Assembly (NCBI RefSeq): GCF_036365525.1
Contig: NC_090418.1
Location: forward strand, 5,309,492-5,373,491
Length of the DNA stretch: 64,000 bases
Direction: 5' to 3'
From: Heterodontus francisci
Lineage: Eukaryota
Shown here piece after piece: positions 58,783-64,000 of the stretch. Position 1 is the first letter of the stretch, and each line of letters starts with the position of its first letter. A program made the translations under genes and the position numbers. The notes below the pieces were generated by a model that made no database searches, was not told the DNA's origin, and was given only the letters and a program-made list of their open reading frames with translations.

Positions 58783-60955
58783 CTGTCAAAAAAAAGGTAC
58801 ATTTTTAGAATTTTGTCGGAATTATTGGCCTCATGATAGAAGGTTGAACACAACTAGCTGGTGTTGGCCAATTGTTTCAACTGGATTTTAAAATTCGCAT
58901 TCTTGCTTTCGAATCCCTCCGTGGCCTCGCCCCTCCCCATTTTTGTAACCTCCTCCAGCCCTACAACCCTCAGAGATCTCTGCGCTCCTCCAATTCCGGC
59001 CTCTTGAGCATCCCCCGATTCCCATCGCTTCACCATTGGCGGCCGTGCCTTCAGCTGCCTGGGGCCCCCAAGATCTGGAATTCCCTCCCTAAACCTCTCC
59101 ACCTCTCTCCCCTCCTTAAAGACGCTCCCTTAAAACCGACCTCTTTGACCAAATTTCTGGTCACCGGTCCTATTATCTGCTTATGTGGCTTGCAGTCAGT
59201 TTGATAATTGCTCCTGTGAAGCGCCCCGGGGAGAGTTTACTACATTAAAGTTGCTATACAAATGAAAGTTGTTGTTGTTGTTGGGTGACGCCATAGAACA
59301 CCTTCAAGACGATCCCTTCTTCATACTATGGGAATGAGGGTCTTCAGTTACGACTGGAGAAGCTGGAATTGTTCTCCTTGGAGCAGAGAAGGTTAAGGGG
59401 AGATTTAATCGAGGCGTTCAAAATCATGAAGGGTTCTGATGGAGTAAATAAGGAGAAACTGTTTCCTGTGGCAGGAGGGTCAGTAACTAGAGGACACAGA
59501 TTGAAGATATTTGACAAAAGAACCAGAGGGTGGAGATGAGGAGGAGAATTTCGTAACACAGCCAGTTGTTGAGATCTGGAATGCGCTGCCTGAAAGGGCA
59601 GATTCTATAAGAACTTTCAAAAGGGAATTGGATAAATACTGGAAGCGGGAAACATTTGCAGGGCTGTGGGGGAAGGAGCAGGGGTGAGTGGGATTAATTG
59701 GGCAGCTCTTTCAAAGAGCTGGCACAGGCAGGATGGGCCGAATGGCTTCCTTCAGTGCTGTCCCATTCTACGACACGTGCTTAATGACATGTTCAAGGCC
59801 GCTAGCAGGTCATGGGAGAGACAGGTGCTATGCTCCAAACCAAGGTATTTTTTTCTCTGTTACCTGCCCTACAGGATAGGGTGGGTGGTTAATGACTGGT
59901 CAATGAGGCTTATTCTACAGCTTGAGAGGGGAAGGGGATTCCACGGTCTGTCTCCCTTTCACCTGTGACCCTTGGCAGACAAACTGCACCATGTGTGTCT
60001 CCAGGTTCTCAGCTGTGAGACGATGACAGAGTGAGGATTCAAACACGGTTCTCCTCGTGAAGGCCAAGATAGCAACGCTGTCTGGCATTCCAGGGAACTC
60101 TAAACTTGCACATGGCAAGCGAGAGGCTCATCTTTAAAAACAACTTTCTCGGTAGCTGGCTGAACCTGGCAATGTTGACCTGTCCTTGCCGAGTCTCCTG
60201 GAGAAGATGGCTGGATGGCAAAGGTCACAATGCCGGGTAGCGGTCGTTTGTCACAACTGACTGGCTTGCGATATGCATAGGAAAAAGACCCTCATTTCTA
60301 TAGCATCTTTCACGACCCCAGGATGTCCCAAAGTGCTTTACAGCCAATTAAGTAATTTTTTTTGTTGAAGTGCAGCAAATTTTTTTTTGTATTCTTTCAC
60401 GGGGCTGTGGGCGTCGCTGGCAAGGCCAGCATTTGTTGCCCATCCTAATTGCCCTTTGAATTGAGTGGCTAGGCAATTTCAGAGGGTATTTTAATACTCA
60501 ACTACGTTGCTGTGGGTCTGGAGTCACATGTAGGCCAGACCGGGTAAGGACGGCAGATTTCCTTCCCTAAAGGGCGTGAGTGAACCAGGTGGGTTTTTAC
60601 GACAATCAATGATAACTTCATGGCGCCATTGCTGAGATTAGCTTTCAATTCCTGAATTTTAATTGATTAATTTAATTTATTAATCAACTGAGTTTAAATT
60701 TGACCGGCTGCCGGGGCGGGATTTCATTTACCTCAATGCTGTTTGTTGGAGCTGGCTGTGCACCAATTGGATGCCATGTTTCAGACATTTACAACCGCGA
60801 CCAGACTTCGAACGTACGTCACTGACTGCAAAGCCCGGAGGTGGTGAAAGGCGCTACAGCAATGCAAGTTTCCTTTTCCTTTAATGAGATGCTTTACTCT
60901 GTTGTTAAAAGATGCCAAGTTGTTGTTGAGTGCCTGATGACTGCAGTTGGTAACT

Positions 60956-60974
60956 TGGCCACCAGATGGCAGCT
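60956..60974 (+). promoter_or_regulatory. CTCF-like motif
   Basis: TGGCCACCAGATGGCAGC, a near-consensus CTCF core. Confidence 0.45.
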
Positions 60975-61227
60975 TTAGCTGACCCTCCACAGCCCACTGA
61001 ATGACTCGCACGCTGGCTTCAATTAATCTTTGCTTTGAACGATAACTATCATCACCCTCGACAGGTGATGGTTCCACGCATGGTCCAATCTGCTCAGTCA
61101 CAAGGAACATGGATGTGTGTCAAACACAGAGCCTGTGGGAGGGAGGGGAGGGAGGGGATGGGCAAGCCTTGGGACGCACTGTTGCGGAATCGAGGGTGAA
61201 AACCGAAACCTATGAACAGCCACTTGC

Positions 61228-61281
61228 TGTTGCCAGGGGGAGGCTGAACATTCACATCTAACAGGGTGTGACTGTGGGCAA
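61228..61281 (-). CDS. TNFSF12: Candidate upstream TWEAK exon (54 bp): (V)AHSHTLLDVNVQPPPGN(S)
   Basis: Acceptor cctcagttttcag. Phase 1/1 fits the short exon after AAHYE in TWEAK, but it requires a non-canonical GC donor (CA|GCAAGT). Confidence 0.4.
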
Positions 61282-61967
61282 CTGAAAACTGAGGACTCAC
61301 CTCGTCACATCCCAGAGCTATAAACCCAATAATCTGGTTTTGATGTACACGGACACTGTTATTTTTAGGCAAAGACTTGCATTTACATAGCAACTTTCTC
61401 AACCTCAGGAGATCCCAAAGTCCTTTAAAGCCAATTAAATACTTTTTTAAAAAAAAGTGTAGTCACTGTTGTAATGTACGAAACGCAGCAACCAATTTGC
61501 GCACAGCAAGCTCCCACAAACAGCAATGTGGGGTAATCAGATCATCTGTTTTTAGTGATGTTGATTGAAGGTTAAATACTGGCCCTAGGACACCGGGGAG
61601 AACTGCCCCCTGCTCTTCTTCCAAATAGTGGCTGCAGGATAGTTTAAAGCCACCTGAGAGGGCAGACGGGGCCTCGGTTTAACGTCTCATCCAAAAGACG
61701 GCCTGGCCCCTCTGACAGTGCAGCACTGAGGAAATACTTAATCACAGTGATACAAAGCTGGGCTACAGTGTCGACATGACAGAGCGAAAACAGATCACAC
61801 CAACAGAAATAATTACGTACTCTTTTCAACTAGATATATTCCATCATCAGCCGTGGGCATCACTGCAAGAAAAATACAACAGCAATTAACATTGCAGAAG
61901 TACGAAAGATATTTTGCCAAATTTCACCTCTCTTCTGAACGCACTCTCACTTCATGTTCCTCAAACA

Positions 61968-64000
61968 TTGACTCTCACTGGGGTACAGTTCCACACACAC
62001 TGACTCTCACTGGGGTACAGTTCCACACGCACTGACTCTCACTGGGGTAGAGATCCACATGCACTGACTCTCACTGGGGTACAGTTCCACACACACTGAC
62101 TCTCACTGGGATACAGTTCCACACGCACTGACTCTCACTGGGGTACAGTTCCACATGCACTGACTCTCACTGGGGTACAGTTCCACACACACACTGACTC
62201 TCACTGGGGTACAGTTCCACACGCACTGACTCTCACTGGGGTAGAGATCCACATGCACTGACTCTCACTGGGGTACAGTTCCACACGCACTGACTCTCAC
62301 TGGGATACAGTTCCACACGCACTGACTCTCACTGGGGTACAGTTCCACACACACACTGACTCTCACTGGGGTACAGTTCCACACACACACTGACTCTCAC
62401 TGGGGTACAGGTCCACACACATTGACTCTCACTGGGGTACAGTTCCACACACACTGACTCTCACTGGGGTACAGTTCCACACACACACAGAGTCTCACTG
62501 GGGTACAGTTCCACACACACACTGACTCTCACTGGGTACAGTTCCACACGCACTGACCCTCACTGGCGTACAGTTCCACACGCTCTGACCCTCCTCATTG
62601 GGGTACAGTTCCACACACACACTGACTCTCACTGGGGTACAGTTCCACACACACACACAGACTGACTCTCACTGGGGTACAGATCCACACACACACACTG
62701 ACTCTCACTGGGGTACAGTTCCACACAAACTAACTCTCACTGGGGTACAGTTCCACACACACACTGACTCTCACTGGGGTACAGTTCCACACACACACTG
62801 TCTCTCACTGGGGTACAGTTCCACACACACACTGACTCTCACTGGGGTACAGTTCCACACACACACTGACTCTCACTGGGGTACAGTTCCACACACACAC
62901 TGACTCTCACCGGGGTACAGATCCACACGCACAGACTCTCACCGGGGTACAGATCCAAGCACACTGACTCTCACCGGGGTACAGTTCCACACACACACTG
63001 AGTCTCACTGGGGTACAGTTCCACACGCACTGACTCTCACTGGGGTACAGTTCCCCACGCACTGACTCTCACTGGGGTACAGTTCCCCACGCACTGACTC
63101 TCACTGGGGTACAGTTCCACACTCACTGACCCTCACTGGGGTACAGTTCCACACGCTCTGACCCTCCTCATTGGGGTACAGTTCCACACACACTGACTCT
63201 CACTGGGGTACAGTTCCACACACACACTGACTCTCACTGGGGTACAGTTCCACACACACTGACTCTCACTGGGGTACAGTTCCACACGCACTTACTCACT
63301 GGGGTACAGTTCCACACGCACTGACTCTCACTGGGGTACAGTTCCACACACACACTGACTCTCACTGGGGTACAGTTCCACACACACTGACTCTCACTGG
63401 GGTACAGTTCCACACACACTGACTCTCACTGGGGTACAGTTCCACACACACACTGACTCTCACTGGGGTACAGTTCCACACACACTGACTCTCACTGGGG
63501 TACAGTTCCACACGCACTTACTCACTGGGGTACAGTTCCACACGCACTGACCCTCACTGGGATACCGTTCCACACGCTCTGACCCTCATTGGGGTACAGT
63601 TCCACACACACACTGACTCTCACTGGGGTACAGTTCCACACAAACTAACTCTCACTGGGGTACAGTTCCACACACACACTGACTCTCACTGGGGTACAGT
63701 TCCACAAACACTGACTCTCACTGGGGTACAGTTCCACACGCACTTACTCACTGGGGTACAGTTCCACATGCACTGACCATCACTGGGGTACAGTTCCACA
63801 CGCACTGACCCTCACTGGGATACCGTTCCACACGCTCTGACCCTCCTCATTGGGGTACAGTTCCACACACACACTGACTCTCACTGGGGTACAGTTCCAC
63901 ACAAACTAACTCTCACTGGGGTACAGTTCCACACACACTGACTCTCACTGGGGTACAGTTCCACACACACACTGACTCTCACTGGGGTACAGTTCCACAC
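61968..64000. repeat. Minisatellite, ~60 copies of ~32-36 bp CTGACTCTCACTGGGGTACAGTTCCAC(AC)n, running off the window edge
   Basis: Directly visible. No unique spacers, so it is not a CRISPR array. Confidence 0.97.

Noticed and set aside
61968-64000. CRISPR-like array of ~33-bp repeats
   Set aside because: No unique spacers, no cas genes and a vertebrate context. It is a plain minisatellite (the same applies to 19825-21750 and 16764-17636).

Overview
Eukaryotic vertebrate genomic DNA, most likely a cartilaginous fish (shark). That call is inferred from the CR1/HE1/Deu-SINE/Penelope repeat landscape and from protein divergence. Four protein-coding genes can be reconstructed by hand with phase-consistent splice sites. 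(1) The 5' half of WRAP53/TCAB1 (- strand; coding exons 12889-13886, 11325-11423, 5841-5949, 3763-3851, 1959-2049; continues off the left edge) has an unusual 11 x 17-aa N-terminal repeat. (2) A single-coding-exon TMEM217-like gene (+, 25604-26194) lies head-to-head with WRAP53 across two CpG-rich promoters. (3) A complete 6-exon TNFSF13/APRIL-like gene (-, 46725 to 31546) encodes 256 aa. (4) The 3' exons of TNFSF12/TWEAK (-, 58664-58782 and 57237-57482) lie directly upstream of APRIL, as in the mammalian TNFSF12-TNFSF13...WRAP53 block, but no TP53 coding sequence is seen. The rest is dense with retroelements: nested CR1 LINEs with target-site duplications (TSDs), L2 tails, Tx1, and Penelope-like elements carrying minimal hammerhead-ribozyme motifs. 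There are also SINEs, a hAT-like MITE family and several minisatellites. The most interesting items are: the phase-compatible TWEAK-to-APRIL (TWE-PRIL) read-through configuration; the degenerate furin site and expanded basic patch in APRIL; the covarying Penelope hammerheads, including a ~118-bp ribozyme-only insertion; the SQ-rich WRAP53 repeat; and a telomere-motif/G4 minisatellite in WRAP53 intron 1. All calls are by eye; no database searches were run.
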